Positions 32,898 to 43,536 of a DNA stretch of 50,229 bases are shown here, piece by piece (position 1 is the first letter of the stretch; every line of letters starts with the position of its first letter). The stretch spans positions 1 through 50,229 of the forward strand of contig JALUEE010000040.1 in assembly GCA_027053075.1 (NCBI GenBank), written 5' to 3'. The notes beneath the pieces are model-generated. The model saw only the letters and a list, made by a program, of their open reading frames with translations. It made no database searches and was not told the origin of the DNA. This DNA is from a candidate division WOR-3 bacterium. Its GTDB lineage: Bacteria; Hydrothermota; Hydrothermia; B15-G9; WFZT01. The position numbers were made by a program, and so were the translations under genes.

Positions 32898-33810
32898 AAA
32901 ACTCTTTTACTGTCTCGATATCCTGAGAAATTGCTGATTTTAGCTCTTCGAGGCCGCTGAATTTTTTCTCAGGTCTGATAAATTTGAGAAATTCTACCTT
33001 GAGCGTGCTTCCATAGATATCCCTGTCAAAATCAAAAATATGCACCTCGGTCAGAAGATGCTTACCGTTGATAGTGGGCCTCACTCCCACACTGGCAACC
33101 CCTTTAAATAGCTCATTTCCAAGCCAAACTTTTACAGCATAAACACCATTTGCTGGCAGCAATTTGTACGGATGCACCTTGAGATTGGCAGTGGGAGCCC
33201 CCAACTTCCGACCAAGCTTCAAGCCCTCCACAACCTCACCGATAAGGGAATAGGGACGTCCAAGCATTTTGTTTGCCCTCTCCAGTTCTCCAGCCCGCAG
33301 GAGTTCCCTTATTTTTGAAGATGAGACAATCTCCCCCTCAACATAAACCGGAGGGAAAACTGTAAGTGAAAAATTCCACTTCTCAATTGTCCTCGAGAGG
33401 TAAACTGCAGACCCTGCTCTGCCCTTTCCAAAATGATGGTTAAAGCCCAGAATCAACCTCCGTGTGCGAAGCTTTTCAATCAGAAACTTTTTGACAAATT
33501 CCTCTCGATCCGTGTTTAAAAGCTCTTTATCCGGGGTTAAAAAAATCGCGTAGTCAAGGTCAAAGGCCCTGAGTATCTCAACCTTTTCCTCGATGGGGCT
33601 AAGAAGAAACGGTCCCTTTTCCCGTCCCAGGGCAATTCTTGGATGGGTTTCAAACGTGAGGAGCACGGCGTTATAGTCGCGCCATCTGGCACAACGAACT
33701 ACCTCGTCAATCAAGGCCTGATGCCCGATGTGAATACCATCAAATCCACCAACAGTTACAACACTGCCTCTTGAATTTATATCAAATTCGTTGCCAGTTA
33801 TTATTTTCAT
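32881..33810 (-). CDS. ribF: Bifunctional riboflavin kinase / FAD synthetase
   Basis: GGFDGIHIGH, SSSKIR, GRKLGAPTANL, GVRPT, EVHIFDF, IRPEKKF. Confidence 0.95.
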   Translation of the reverse strand: MKIITGNEFDINSRGSVVTVGGFDGIHIGHQALIDEVVRCARWRDYNAVLLTFETHPRIALGREKGPFLLSPIEEKVEILRAFDLDYAIFLTPDKELLNTDREEFVKKFLIEKLRTRRLILGFNHHFGKGRAGSAVYLSRTIEKWNFSLTVFPPVYVEGEIVSSSKIRELLRAGELERANKMLGRPYSLIGEVVEGLKLGRKLGAPTANLKVHPYKLLPANGVYAVKVWLGNELFKGVASVGVRPTINGKHLLTEVHIFDFDRDIYGSTLKVEFLKFIRPEKKFSGLEELKSAISQDIETVKEFFIQHP

Positions 33811-33811
33811 A

Positions 33812-34684
33812 TCAATCAGGGATGACCCGTTTTGGGTAAATCCCGTCCCACTTCATAAGTCCCACCCCCATAAACTTTCCGGACGGTGAATACACCTTAA
33901 CATGCTGGAAAGTCTTCGGATTGCCAATCCTCTTAAGAATTCCGTTTATTCCAACAACATTTCCATTTTTAAAATGCCACATTGCCCTGTCGTTTATCAC
34001 AACTGATGGAAGGTGCCTCAGGCCCTCGTCAATAGGAATAACCGAATCCTTCGTAATCTCCTCAGGTTTTATTGCTTCTTCGATTTTAAACGGGCCTATC
34101 TTCGTCCGTCTTAGCTCTTTGACTATACCGTAAGTTCCCAGCTTCTCTCCTATATCCCTTGCAAGTGCCCGAATATATGTGCCTTTGGAGCAAACTACTC
34201 TCAAGTCTATCTCGCTATCCCTTGTATCCAGGATTTCAAGATTATAAATAGTAACCCTTTTGGCCTTTGGAGTTATGTAAACTCCTTCACGCGCAAGGTC
34301 ATAAAGTCTCTGTCCCTTAATCCTGATGGCAGAATAAGATGGTGGAACTTGCTCAATCTCTCCGAGGAAGTTTCGCAAAACATTTTTGAGTTCCTGCTCT
34401 GTAAATTCGGGCACTGGTTTTCTATCAATCTCTTCTCCAGTTACATCAAGAGTATCGGTTAGAATACCCAGCTGGATGGTGGCAACGTACTCCTTATCAA
34501 GGTCCATGATAAACGGAATAAATCGCGTGGCACGTCCAATTCCAAGAATCAAAAGGCCAGTAGCATGGGGGTCAAGATTGCCTGCATGTCCAATTTTCCT
34601 GACACCCACTTTCTTTCTTGCAATTTTGACCACGTCAAACGAAGTTATTCCCTTTGGTTTATCAATAAGCAGAAATCCGTTCAT
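33812..34684 (-). CDS. truB: tRNA pseudouridine-55 synthase
   Basis: DKPKGITS, GHAGNLDPHATG, QVPPSYSA, CSKGTYIR. Confidence 0.95.
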   Translation of the reverse strand: MNGFLLIDKPKGITSFDVVKIARKKVGVRKIGHAGNLDPHATGLLILGIGRATRFIPFIMDLDKEYVATIQLGILTDTLDVTGEEIDRKPVPEFTEQELKNVLRNFLGEIEQVPPSYSAIRIKGQRLYDLAREGVYITPKAKRVTIYNLEILDTRDSEIDLRVVCSKGTYIRALARDIGEKLGTYGIVKELRRTKIGPFKIEEAIKPEEITKDSVIPIDEGLRHLPSVVINDRAMWHFKNGNVVGINGILKRIGNPKTFQHVKVYSPSGKFMGVGLMKWDGIYPKRVIPD

Positions 34685-34986
34685 AGCACATCCGTTGACA
34701 GAATGTCGAGGTATTCAAAGGTTAAATCAGGTGTAAACTTCATCCTCACTTTTTTTGCCACCACGGTTCTCAAATAACCCTTTGCATGCTCCAGCCCACG
34801 GGCTGCTTCTTCCTTATCTCCGAGAGTTCTATAAAAAACCTTTGCATGCTTCAAATCGTCTGTAGTTTCGACCCGAATAATTGTAACGTATCTAAGCCTC
34901 GGGTCCCTTGCTTCAAATTCAATTGCCTCTGCAATCACTTTTTGAATTTCATTACTAACTCTCTGTGATCTTTTAAATGGTCTCAT
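34681..34986 (-). CDS. rbfA: Ribosome-binding factor A
   Basis: RSQRV, DPRL..VT, DLKHAKVF, AKGYLR, KFTPDLTF; start at ATG 34986 with GAGGTG SD. Confidence 0.92.
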   Translation of the reverse strand: MRPFKRSQRVSNEIQKVIAEAIEFEARDPRLRYVTIIRVETTDDLKHAKVFYRTLGDKEEAARGLEHAKGYLRTVVAKKVRMKFTPDLTFEYLDILSTDVL

Positions 34987-35017
34987 AATTTCACCACCTC
35001 TTGTTAGATTTGCCAGG

Positions 35018-37039
35018 CTAATGGGGCAAAAACAGGTCAAAGAAACTCTTCTTAAATTTAACGTCCGGCAGATTTTTTATCCATATTTTAAAATCGTAGT
35101 TCCAGACACCGTCTGCACGCGACCACCACCTGAAGCTCATAGCCCAGCAGTGCAAATCCCTCTGCAATTGAAGAGATTGCTCGTAAATTTTAAACTTTGA
35201 GGGGTCAATATTCAAAGAATACGAGCCACTCCAGTTCCGCGTAAGCTTTCCGGTTAATACCATACTCATCCGGCTCGATGGTTGAAATCCTGTTACTTTA
35301 GAGTACTGATATTCAAGCCTTATAGAGTATTTTCTCAAATCGGTGGTATCACCCTCCCAGAATAGCTGGAATGACCTGTCCATCGAAAGCCTGTAACCCC
35401 TGCTCTTTACCATCTTTTCATAAGGGTCATAGGTGAACGAAGCAGAAATTTTCACCGGTAGAGTGGGCAGCACTGACATGGAGATTGATACATCACTGAA
35501 TTTCTTTGAAGTTTTGAGAAGGTTGTACGAGACGCCGCCGTTAATTGAAGCAAGATTAATGACTTTCCCTGACTTGAGTTTGGCATCAAAGTCGTTTCCA
35601 ATGGAAATACGGCCAGCCTTTGTGGGATTAACAACACCATATCCCCCAAATGGGAGGAGTCTGGATTGGTCTTTGCTGGGGGTATAAGAAAACGTAACAG
35701 AAGGCCTGAATGTGTGTCTAAACCTTTTGAAAGGCCCAATCCCAAACTTTGAGTAACCATAAATCACCGTCCCTATACCCATACTTGCGCTATAAATCCA
35801 CCTGAAATAGTTGGGGGCTCCATAAATATCTCTGTCAAAAAGTGTTGCCTTAAATGACAGTGTCGGATTAATGTTGATGTATCGAAAAAGATGGAAGGGA
35901 TAACTCATGGTGACATCAGAATTCGATACGCTCCGGGTGGCAAGACTGTCCCTGGTTCCCGAAGTCGATCTCAGGTATCGCAAATTGCCGTAAGCCGAGA
36001 AATTACCAAAAGATACGTTAAAGATATTGAAACGAAAGTCTGGCAACACCGTACTGATTGAATGGGTGTCAAGATTCCGCGTATCCTGCAGAAGCAGGTT
36101 CATGCTTGCAAATTTCCACGACCTTGAGATGCTTAGATATGAGGTCATTTCTCTCTTGAGCCATTCGGTCGGGGTCTCAGAATACTCCTCGATATAAGTT
36201 TTATCTGAAACAAAGTTAAGCTGAGCCCTTGCACGAAATTTGTGAGGCAAATTGTGAAGGTGATAGCCTCTCAGACTCCAGCGTCTTTTCATGGGCAAAA
36301 ATTCCTGTGCAACTGTTAGATTCAGATTCCCATCGAACCTTTTGTATTTTTTATAAACAAGATCAACTCCTGCCTGCACTCCCCTCCTCTCGGTAAGGTT
36401 GAGTGTAAAAGTTACATCGGCATAGTTACTCAGAACCCAGTAGTATGAGATGTTTCTAAAGTATTTTCCAAGGTAAGAGTTGTATCCAAAATGCGGAGTA
36501 AGGAAGCCCGATTTTCTCCCCTTTTTTACCGGGAAAAACCAGAAGGGTATGTAAATTACAGGGATTTTGTGGATGTAAAGCACGAGGGGCCTAACAATTG
36601 CCATATCCCCCTGAATCACTTTCATTTCTTTCGAATAGAAAAAATAATGGGGTGGCTCAAGGTCACAGGAGGTAAATTTTCCATTCTCAATATTGAGAAT
36701 ACTGTCAGTGATCTTGTACATCTTCTCACCTGTGAGATAACCCTTCTCAACGTGAGTTCTGCCGTTGTAGGATACCCCCTGCTTTGTGTTCAGATTATAA
36801 AAAAGTGAATCCCCGGTCAGGGTATCCTGTTCAACGACAAGAGTTACATTGTTAAAGGCAAAGAGAAGCTTCTTTTTTAGGTAATAGACAATAGAATCTG
36901 CCTTTAGGGTGGTGGTGCCTTTATTCACAACCGCGGAGTCCACCAATACCACCCTGTCACTTTGAGGGTAATAAAAGAGCTTTTCAGCCTGAAAGTAAGT
37001 TGTGGACGAAATAAGGGTGATTAACAGAAGAAAATTCAT
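35018..37039 (-). CDS. lptD: LPS-assembly protein LptD-like
   Basis: OstA-like N-domain, FTSCD...PHY, RKSGFL.P, RDLHCW near the C-terminus; start set at ATG 37039. Confidence 0.85.
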   Translation of the reverse strand: MNFLLLITLISSTTYFQAEKLFYYPQSDRVVLVDSAVVNKGTTTLKADSIVYYLKKKLLFAFNNVTLVVEQDTLTGDSLFYNLNTKQGVSYNGRTHVEKGYLTGEKMYKITDSILNIENGKFTSCDLEPPHYFFYSKEMKVIQGDMAIVRPLVLYIHKIPVIYIPFWFFPVKKGRKSGFLTPHFGYNSYLGKYFRNISYYWVLSNYADVTFTLNLTERRGVQAGVDLVYKKYKRFDGNLNLTVAQEFLPMKRRWSLRGYHLHNLPHKFRARAQLNFVSDKTYIEEYSETPTEWLKREMTSYLSISRSWKFASMNLLLQDTRNLDTHSISTVLPDFRFNIFNVSFGNFSAYGNLRYLRSTSGTRDSLATRSVSNSDVTMSYPFHLFRYININPTLSFKATLFDRDIYGAPNYFRWIYSASMGIGTVIYGYSKFGIGPFKRFRHTFRPSVTFSYTPSKDQSRLLPFGGYGVVNPTKAGRISIGNDFDAKLKSGKVINLASINGGVSYNLLKTSKKFSDVSISMSVLPTLPVKISASFTYDPYEKMVKSRGYRLSMDRSFQLFWEGDTTDLRKYSIRLEYQYSKVTGFQPSSRMSMVLTGKLTRNWSGSYSLNIDPSKFKIYEQSLQLQRDLHCWAMSFRWWSRADGVWNYDFKIWIKNLPDVKFKKSFFDLFLPH

Positions 37040-37228
37040 GCGCATATTTTAACCGTCATCCCCCGAAGGGTAAAATCATGGGAAGTGTCATTTTGGGTGC
37101 GTTTTAATATTCCCAGTTTGCGACGCAATGTGTTTATAAGTGGAAATTTAATGTGTGCTGATAAATGGATGATGGAGTGAGTAATTCTTTAACAGGCATA
37201 AAATTCGCCTCTGGTACCTTAATGAAAA

Positions 37229-37351
37229 TCCTCTCCCCGCATAATATTTTGGGGTAATGGACATAGGTAAGGGACAACATATGATAAAATTTCACTCAAA
37301 AATCAATTACTCTCCCTCTCCCACGAAGTGGGAGAGGGGTGGGGTGAGGGC
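37229..37351. repeat. REP-like hairpins (one degenerate, one intact)
   Basis: CCCTCTCCCAC-GAA-GTGGGAGAGGG followed by GGGGTGAGGG. Confidence 0.7.
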
Positions 37352-37551
37352 CTTCTTCTAAATTTTTATAGACTTCAAGTTGAATGCTTCACCCTTCGTC
37401 ACATAATTTTTGCTAAAACATCTATGAACACCGCATAATTTGTATGTGAGAGAATTGAAAAACAATTTTTCAAAGGCATTCATTTCATCTTTGACCGATT
37501 TGGATGAGAGTAATAAAATTTAACTATACAATTTTTGACAAGGAGGTCAAA

Positions 37552-38421
37552 ATGGATTTAACAGAAGCATTTGTGGAACTACTCCGAAGGGCTTCTACGG
37601 ACCTTCCTCCCGATGTTGAGCAGGCTCTCAGGGAGGCCTACGAAAGGGAGGATGAGGGAACACCGGCAAAATCCGTCTTGAGAACAATCCTTACAAATGT
37701 AAAACTCGCCCGTGAGAATAGTGTTCCTATGTGCCAGGACACAGGCTCGTTGATTTTCTACATTGATATGCCCGAAGGTGAAAAAGAAAGTTACTACAAG
37801 GATCTCATCCGAAAAGCAGCAGCTATTGCAACAGAAAAGCAATACCTGAGGCCCAATGCAGTTGATCCCATTACCGGGAAAAACTCTGGCAACAATGTGG
37901 GAAAGAATGCCCCATTCTTCCACATTTCAAGATGGGATAAAGATGAAATCAGGGTGAGACTGCTTCTTAAAGGTGGTGGTAGTGAAAATGTTGGAACCCA
38001 GTACAAGTTACCTTATGCTCCATTGAAGGCTGGAAGAGACCTTGAGGGGGTCCGAAAGGTCATAATTGACGCAGTCTATAAGGCCCAGGGTTTGGGCTGT
38101 GCTCCAGGAACCCTTGGAGTTGGGATCGGTGGTGACAGGACAACATCTTACATGCTCTCAAAGGAACAGTTTTTCAGAAAAATGGGAGAAAGGCATCCGG
38201 AGAAGGTCATTGCAGACTTTGAAATGAGGTTGAAAGATGAGCTAAACCAACTAAACATTGGTCCTATGGGATTCGGAGGGAAGACGACAGTCCTCGATGT
38301 CTTTGTGGACTACCAGCACAGGCACCCTGCAACTTTTTATGTGGCTATCAGCTACAACTGCTGGGCCTTTAGAAGGAAAACCATGATCATCAAAAATGGG
38401 GAGGTCACATATTATGATTAA
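37552..38421 (+). CDS. Class I fumarate hydratase / tartrate dehydratase alpha subunit
   Basis: PMCQDTG, LRPN, KGGGSEN, GCAPG..GVGIGG, GPMGFGG, RHPA, NCWA; SD before ATG 37552. Confidence 0.9.
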   Translation: MDLTEAFVELLRRASTDLPPDVEQALREAYEREDEGTPAKSVLRTILTNVKLARENSVPMCQDTGSLIFYIDMPEGEKESYYKDLIRKAAAIATEKQYLRPNAVDPITGKNSGNNVGKNAPFFHISRWDKDEIRVRLLLKGGGSENVGTQYKLPYAPLKAGRDLEGVRKVIIDAVYKAQGLGCAPGTLGVGIGGDRTTSYMLSKEQFFRKMGERHPEKVIADFEMRLKDELNQLNIGPMGFGGKTTVLDVFVDYQHRHPATFYVAISYNCWAFRRKTMIIKNGEVTYYD

Positions 38422-39001
38422 ACTAAAAGTTCCCATCAGCGAAGAAGAAATCAGAAAATTAAAGGTCGGAGATGAGGTTTTACTCTCCGGCATAATTGTT
38501 ACTGCAAGAGATCAGGCCCACAAACTTATGGTCGAGGAAAAGCCTGATTTCATCAGACCTTACCTTAAAGAATCTGTTATCTACCATTGTGGCCCCATTG
38601 TGAAGAAAAATCCTGATGGCTCCTGGAGTTTTGTATCTGCAGGCCCCACTACTTCTATAAGAGAAGAGCCCTACGAGGCCGATGTAATCTGCGAATACAA
38701 CGTCAGGGGTATCATCGGTAAGGGTGGCATGAGAGAAAAGACGCTCGAGGCATTACAGAGGTGCGGAGCAGTTTATTTCCATGCAATAGGTGGTGCCGGC
38801 GCACTCATAGCCAAGTCAGTCAAAAGGGTTGTGGATGTCTTCAAACTCGAAGAGTTTGGAACTCCGGAGGCATTCTGGGTAATCGAGGTCGAGGATTTGC
38901 CACTTGTTGTCACTATGGACTCACACGGAAACAGCCTGCACGAAAAAATTCTTAAAGAATCTGAGAAAAGGGCAAAGGAACTGATAGGAATCCAGGATTA
39001 A
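38414..39001 (+). CDS. Class I fumarate hydratase beta subunit
   Basis: TARDQAH, YHCGP, GPTTS.R, IGKGG, MDSHG. Confidence 0.9.
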   Translation: MIKLKVPISEEEIRKLKVGDEVLLSGIIVTARDQAHKLMVEEKPDFIRPYLKESVIYHCGPIVKKNPDGSWSFVSAGPTTSIREEPYEADVICEYNVRGIIGKGGMREKTLEALQRCGAVYFHAIGGAGALIAKSVKRVVDVFKLEEFGTPEAFWVIEVEDLPLVVTMDSHGNSLHEKILKESEKRAKELIGIQD

Positions 39002-39025
39002 ACAAAAACGGAAAGCCCTCGCACT

Positions 39026-39068
39026 GCGGCCGCTCCCACTTGCTTCGCAAGTGGGAGCGGCCGCTTTT
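39026..39068 (+). terminator. Intrinsic terminator-like 18-bp hairpin
   Basis: GCGGCCGCTCCCACTTGC-TTC-GCAAGTGGGAGCGGCCGC followed by TTTT. Confidence 0.7.
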
Positions 39069-39282
39069 CATCCCATACACTGCTAATACTCTCTCTTCAC
39101 ACATAAATACTCTGAGGAGATAGAAATAAAATGTTAGCTAAAATCCCTCAATAAAAATCGATTCATCTCCCTCTTCGTGTAAAATGGCTGGCCAATGCGT
39201 TGTGATTCTCATTTGAAAAATAATCGATGCACCTGTTACGCAGAATATGACAGATAGAATTTTTAAATAGGGCATCCTTTTT

Positions 39283-39361
39283 GAGGTTGTTCGAATATTT
39301 CCAAACAAAATACTCCTCTCCCCGCATAAATACTTGCGGGGAGAGGATAAGAGGAGAGGGG
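39283..39361. repeat. One-ended MITE fragment with REP-like hairpin
   Basis: TIR-like GAGGTTGTTCGAATA; hairpin nearly the reverse complement of 7520-7570. Confidence 0.65.
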
Positions 39362-39379
39362 CAACATACCATCCTCTTT

Positions 39380-39408
39380 TTGACAATCTTTCGGGTGCAA
39401 ATTAAAAT
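39380..39408 (+). promoter_or_regulatory. sigma70 promoter of pyrB
   Basis: TTGACA-17-TAAAAT, 10 nt before ATG 39419, no SD. Confidence 0.75.
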
Positions 39409-39418
39409 TTTCGCCAGC

Positions 39419-40354
39419 ATGGGATATTTTAGAGGTTTCAAGGACCTCCTCGGTCTAAAAGAAGTTGATCGAGATTTCATCTCCACCATTCTCGATCAAG
39501 CCTCTATCTTTCTTGAAGTTCTTGATAGACCCAATAAAAAGCTTCCCACTCTGAGAGGCAAAACCGTCGTACACATGTTCTTTGAGCCATCGACACGAAC
39601 CCTTTCATCCTTTGACCTTGCTGCGAAAAGACTTTCAGCGGACACCATCAGCGTGGGAACTCGGGGTACATCGGTTGTTAAAGGGGAAAGCCTTATAGAC
39701 ACCATGAGAAACGTGGATGCCATGAAGGTTGACCTTTATATCGTCAGGCACAGCGCTCCTGGCATGCCCCATCTCCTTGCCCGACACACAAAAGCCACGG
39801 TGATAAACGCAGGTGATGGAACAAACGAACACCCTACCCAGGCCCTTCTTGACATGCTCACCATGAGACAGATATTTGGCACCCTTGAAAACATCAAAAT
39901 CCTCATAATTGGTGATATCCTCCACTCGCGGGTAGCAAGGTCAAACATCTTTGGATTGTCGAAATTTGGAGCAAAAATATACCTTGCAGGGCCACCAACC
40001 CTTGTTCCAAAAGAATACAAAAATTTAGGGGCCGAGATCGTCAGCAACATTGACGATGTCCTTGATGAAATAGACATTGTCATGGCTCTAAGGATTCAAA
40101 AGGAAAGGCTTGAAGAGCCCTATTTCCCATCAATCCGTGAATACAGAAAATTTTTCGCAATCACACAGGAAAGGCTTAAAAGGCTCAAGCCCGACACTGT
40201 TCTCATGCACCCGGGCCCCGTAAATTGGGGTATTGAGCTCGATTATGAAGCAAAAGACCGGGTCCAGAATGTAATTTTAAGACAGGTAACAAACGGAGTT
40301 GCCGTCAGGATGGCAATACTTTACCTTTTCCTTGTAGGAGCACAGAATGAATAA
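39419..40354 (+). CDS. pyrB: Aspartate carbamoyltransferase catalytic subunit
   Basis: FFEPSTRT, KGES, NAGDG..EHPTQ, HSRVARS, RIQKER, MHPGP. Confidence 0.95.
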   Translation: MGYFRGFKDLLGLKEVDRDFISTILDQASIFLEVLDRPNKKLPTLRGKTVVHMFFEPSTRTLSSFDLAAKRLSADTISVGTRGTSVVKGESLIDTMRNVDAMKVDLYIVRHSAPGMPHLLARHTKATVINAGDGTNEHPTQALLDMLTMRQIFGTLENIKILIIGDILHSRVARSNIFGLSKFGAKIYLAGPPTLVPKEYKNLGAEIVSNIDDVLDEIDIVMALRIQKERLEEPYFPSIREYRKFFAITQERLKRLKPDTVLMHPGPVNWGIELDYEAKDRVQNVILRQVTNGVAVRMAILYLFLVGAQNE

Positions 40355-41627
40355 AATTTTACTTAAAAATGGTCATATCTTCAGCCCAGAAGATGGAATA
40401 GACGAGGTACTGGATTTACTGATAGTTGGAGAAGAGATCGAGAAAATCGGCAAGAATTTAAAAGTAGAAGGTGCAAAAGAAATTGACCTCGGGGGGCTAA
40501 CAGTTTTCCCGGGGTTCATTGATCTACACGCGCATCTTCGTGAGCCAGGTTATGAATACAAGGAAGATATCGAATCCGGGAGCAAGGCTGCAGTTGCAGG
40601 TGGATTTACTACAGTTCTTGCCATGCCCAATACATCACCTCCGATAGACTCACCGGAGAGAGTGGAATACATTTTAAAGCGCGCCTCACAGGTGGGGCTT
40701 GCCCGAATTTACCCAATTGGTGCTATTACGAAGAATCGAGCCGGAGAGGACCTTGCTGACCTGCGAATGATGGCAGAAATGGGGGCCGTGGCATTTTCTG
40801 ATGACGGAGACTGGGTAAGAAATTCTTCTGTAATGAGACGGGCTTTAGAGTACGCTCAGGATTTTCTCATCATTTCCCATGCCGAGGATAAAACTCTCTC
40901 TCCAAAGGGAATCATGCATGAAAGCCCGCTTTCCTATGAGCTCGGAATCAAGGGAATTCCCCGTGAATCAGAGGAAATCGCAGTTGCAAGGGACGTGCTT
41001 CTTGCCCGTTTGACAGGTGGTAGGCTTCATATAGCACATGTCTCATCAAAATTCTCTATAAAAATGATCGAAATGGCCAAAGAGGCTGGGCTGCGGGTCA
41101 CAGCCGAGGTTACACCGCACCATCTGATTTTCACAGAAGAGGTAATGAGAACTTACGACCCGATTTATAAAGTAAATCCACCCCTGAGGAGCGAAGAAGA
41201 CCGCAAGGCCCTGATCGGGGCCCTGAAAAGCGGAATTATTGATTGCATTGCCACAGACCATGCACCACATGCGACATTTGAAAAGGAACTTGACCTTAAT
41301 CAGGCACCATTCGGAATATTAGAGCTCGAGGTAGCATTCTCTTCTCTTTATACAAAACTAGTAAAGGAAGGAGAGCTTGACCTTGGAACGCTTGTAGCTG
41401 CCATGTCTACAAAACCAGCACAAATTTTTGGTTTTGATGGAATGGGAAGGATAAAGGAAGGTTTTCTGGCTGATTTATCCATCTGGAATCTGAACGAGAA
41501 GTGGATGGTGACGAAAGATTCACTGCACTCCAAATCGAGCAATACTCCTTTCCTTGGAAAGGAGTTATACGCTAAAATAAAGTACACAATAGTCGGAGGA
41601 AAATTGATAGATGTCTCGAACCTGTGA
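40347..41627 (+). CDS. pyrC: Dihydroorotase (type I)
   Basis: [38 protein letters not shown]. Confidence 0.95.
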   Translation: MNKILLKNGHIFSPEDGIDEVLDLLIVGEEIEKIGKNLKVEGAKEIDLGGLTVFPGFIDLHAHLREPGYEYKEDIESGSKAAVAGGFTTVLAMPNTSPPIDSPERVEYILKRASQVGLARIYPIGAITKNRAGEDLADLRMMAEMGAVAFSDDGDWVRNSSVMRRALEYAQDFLIISHAEDKTLSPKGIMHESPLSYELGIKGIPRESEEIAVARDVLLARLTGGRLHIAHVSSKFSIKMIEMAKEAGLRVTAEVTPHHLIFTEEVMRTYDPIYKVNPPLRSEEDRKALIGALKSGIIDCIATDHAPHATFEKELDLNQAPFGILELEVAFSSLYTKLVKEGELDLGTLVAAMSTKPAQIFGFDGMGRIKEGFLADLSIWNLNEKWMVTKDSLHSKSSNTPFLGKELYAKIKYTIVGGKLIDVSNL

Positions 41628-42456
41628 TTTTGAGGAATTGAAAAAAATTGCCCACGATGTCCGGGTTGATATCGTGAAGATGGTTTATCTTGCCGGCTCA
41701 GGACATCCTGGGGGGTCGCTTTCACTTGCTGATATCATGGTTTATCTCTACTGGTGCGAACTCAGACATGACCCCAAAAATCCCGATTGGGAGGACAGAG
41801 ATAGATTTGTCCTTTCCAAAGGACACGCGGCACCGGTCCTCTACTCTGTCCTTGCTCGCCAGGGTTATTTTCCTTATGAAGACCTCTGGACATTGAGGAA
41901 GGTGAATTCGCATCTTCAGGGGCATCCAGCAAGGATTGACACCCCTGGAGTTGAGGCATCAACGGGCTCTCTTGGGCAGGGATTTTCTGTTGCGCTGGGA
42001 ATGGCTCTTGGCCTGAGGCTTGATGGGAAAGACTCGAGGGTTTATGTTGCACTGGGAGATGGAGAAATAGACGAAGGTCAGGTCTGGGAAGCCGCAATGT
42101 CCGCAGCTCATTACAAAGCAGACAATTTGACAGCTATCCTTGATTTCAATACATTGCAGATTGACGGCAGGATTTTTGAGGTCATGGATTCATCTCCAAT
42201 TGACAGAAAATTTCAGGCCTTTGGATGGGCAACCAAAACTATAAATGGTCACAACTTTCAAGAAATTAAAGAAGCTTTTGACTGGGCAAAGAAGGTTAAA
42301 GGACAGCCGCAGATTATTATTGCCCACACTGTGAAGGGTAAGGGGGTCCCATTTATGGAGAACCGGGTTGAATGGCATGGGAAAGCGCCTAATCGTGAGC
42401 AATTTATCCAGGCAATGAGGGACCTTGGAGTTGAAATAACAGATGAAAGCATTTAG
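41611..42456 (+). CDS. Transketolase N-terminal (TPP-binding) subunit
   Basis: [46 protein letters not shown]. Confidence 0.92.
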   Translation: MSRTCDFEELKKIAHDVRVDIVKMVYLAGSGHPGGSLSLADIMVYLYWCELRHDPKNPDWEDRDRFVLSKGHAAPVLYSVLARQGYFPYEDLWTLRKVNSHLQGHPARIDTPGVEASTGSLGQGFSVALGMALGLRLDGKDSRVYVALGDGEIDEGQVWEAAMSAAHYKADNLTAILDFNTLQIDGRIFEVMDSSPIDRKFQAFGWATKTINGHNFQEIKEAFDWAKKVKGQPQIIIAHTVKGKGVPFMENRVEWHGKAPNREQFIQAMRDLGVEITDESI

Positions 42457-42478
42457 AATTAATCACCAACTTGAAAGT

Positions 42479-42551
42479 GCGCCGCTAGCTCAACAGGCAG
42501 AGCATCGGATTCTTAATCCGAGGGTTGCAGGTTCGACTCCTGCGCGGCGCA
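42479..42551 (+). tRNA. tRNA-Lys (anticodon CTT), CCA not encoded
   Basis: Acceptor GCGCCGC/GCGGCGC+A, D arm AGCTCAACAGGCAGAGC, anticodon arm TCGGA-TTCTTAA-TCCGA, T arm GCAGG-TTCGACT-CCTGC. Confidence 0.93.
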
Positions 42552-42564
42552 CTCTTTTAATTTT

Positions 42565-42891
42565 ATGAAGAAGATAAATTTCAACGAGCTGATGGAAGAG
42601 CTGAAGGTCACTTTTACTCCCATTGAGGTTTCGAGGGTTGATGGAGCCTCTATCAGAATGGCCAAGATTCAGGGGGAATACAGGTGGCATGTGCATCCAG
42701 ACGAGGACGAATTTTTCTTTGTCCTTAAGGGAGAACTCATCATTGAAACCAAAGAAGGAACCTTTGTTCTAAAGGAGGGCGAGGGGATAAAGATTCCAAA
42801 AAGAACTCCACATCGCTCAAAAGCCGAGGTTGAAACGTTTGTACTCCTTTTTGAACCAACAAGGACAAATACTTACGGAGTACCTGTGTAG
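42565..42891 (+). CDS. Cupin-domain protein
   Basis: GEYRWHVH..EDEFFFVLKG and IPKRTPHR cupin motifs. Confidence 0.88.
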   Translation: MKKINFNELMEELKVTFTPIEVSRVDGASIRMAKIQGEYRWHVHPDEDEFFFVLKGELIIETKEGTFVLKEGEGIKIPKRTPHRSKAEVETFVLLFEPTRTNTYGVPV

Positions 42892-42905
42892 GAAGGAGGG
42901 GCAAA

Positions 42906-43457
42906 ATGAGAAAGACTGTGCTATTGCTTCTCGTTTTAGCAATGCCTTTGTTCTCCAGACCGTATTTTGAAGCAAGGGGAGCCATACAGGTTTTCTACGA
43001 TGAAATAAAGAATGGTGGACTCCAGAACAGACAGCATCCTTATACAGTCAGAGTCTCCCTTGGGTTAAAAGAGATCGCCGGAATTTTCTATCTTTACGGT
43101 GATATAATCGATGATTCTCTTCAGCTCATTCCAGGATTTGGTGGACGTCTTGGACCACTTTTTGGAATAGTATTTACCGGGACAGACACTCTAACTCACA
43201 TAAATAGCTATGTCGAGAAATACCGAATTGGGCTGGAGGGTGAGGGAATAGTGGTAGGATTGAACGTTTTAAACAAGCCTTCGAGCGAGCAGGATACCAC
43301 CGGAGTAGATAATATTTTCACCCTTTTCGGTGGGTTTTCACTTTTCACAATTAAACCATTTAGCCTATGGATAGGAGTAGAACGAATCCCACTCAAAAGT
43401 GATTACGCGATAAAACCCAACACCCGTCTCTACGCTGCACTAAATGTGAGGTTTTAG
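42906..43457 (+). CDS. Hypothetical exported protein, possible beta-barrel
   Basis: Signal peptide, SD GGAGG, C-terminal YAALNVRF. Confidence 0.65.
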   Translation: MRKTVLLLLVLAMPLFSRPYFEARGAIQVFYDEIKNGGLQNRQHPYTVRVSLGLKEIAGIFYLYGDIIDDSLQLIPGFGGRLGPLFGIVFTGTDTLTHINSYVEKYRIGLEGEGIVVGLNVLNKPSSEQDTTGVDNIFTLFGGFSLFTIKPFSLWIGVERIPLKSDYAIKPNTRLYAALNVRF

Positions 43458-43536
43458 AAAGTTTATTTGACCTTTTTATCACATATTAGGGGAAGATTGT
43501 TCGGTTGTTCAACTGAGAAAACTCAGGGGGGATCAC

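Noticed and set aside
39281..39418. 46-aa N-terminal extension of PyrB as a second repeat-derived peptide
   Set aside because: A consensus promoter lies inside it (39380-39408), so the start is ATG 39419
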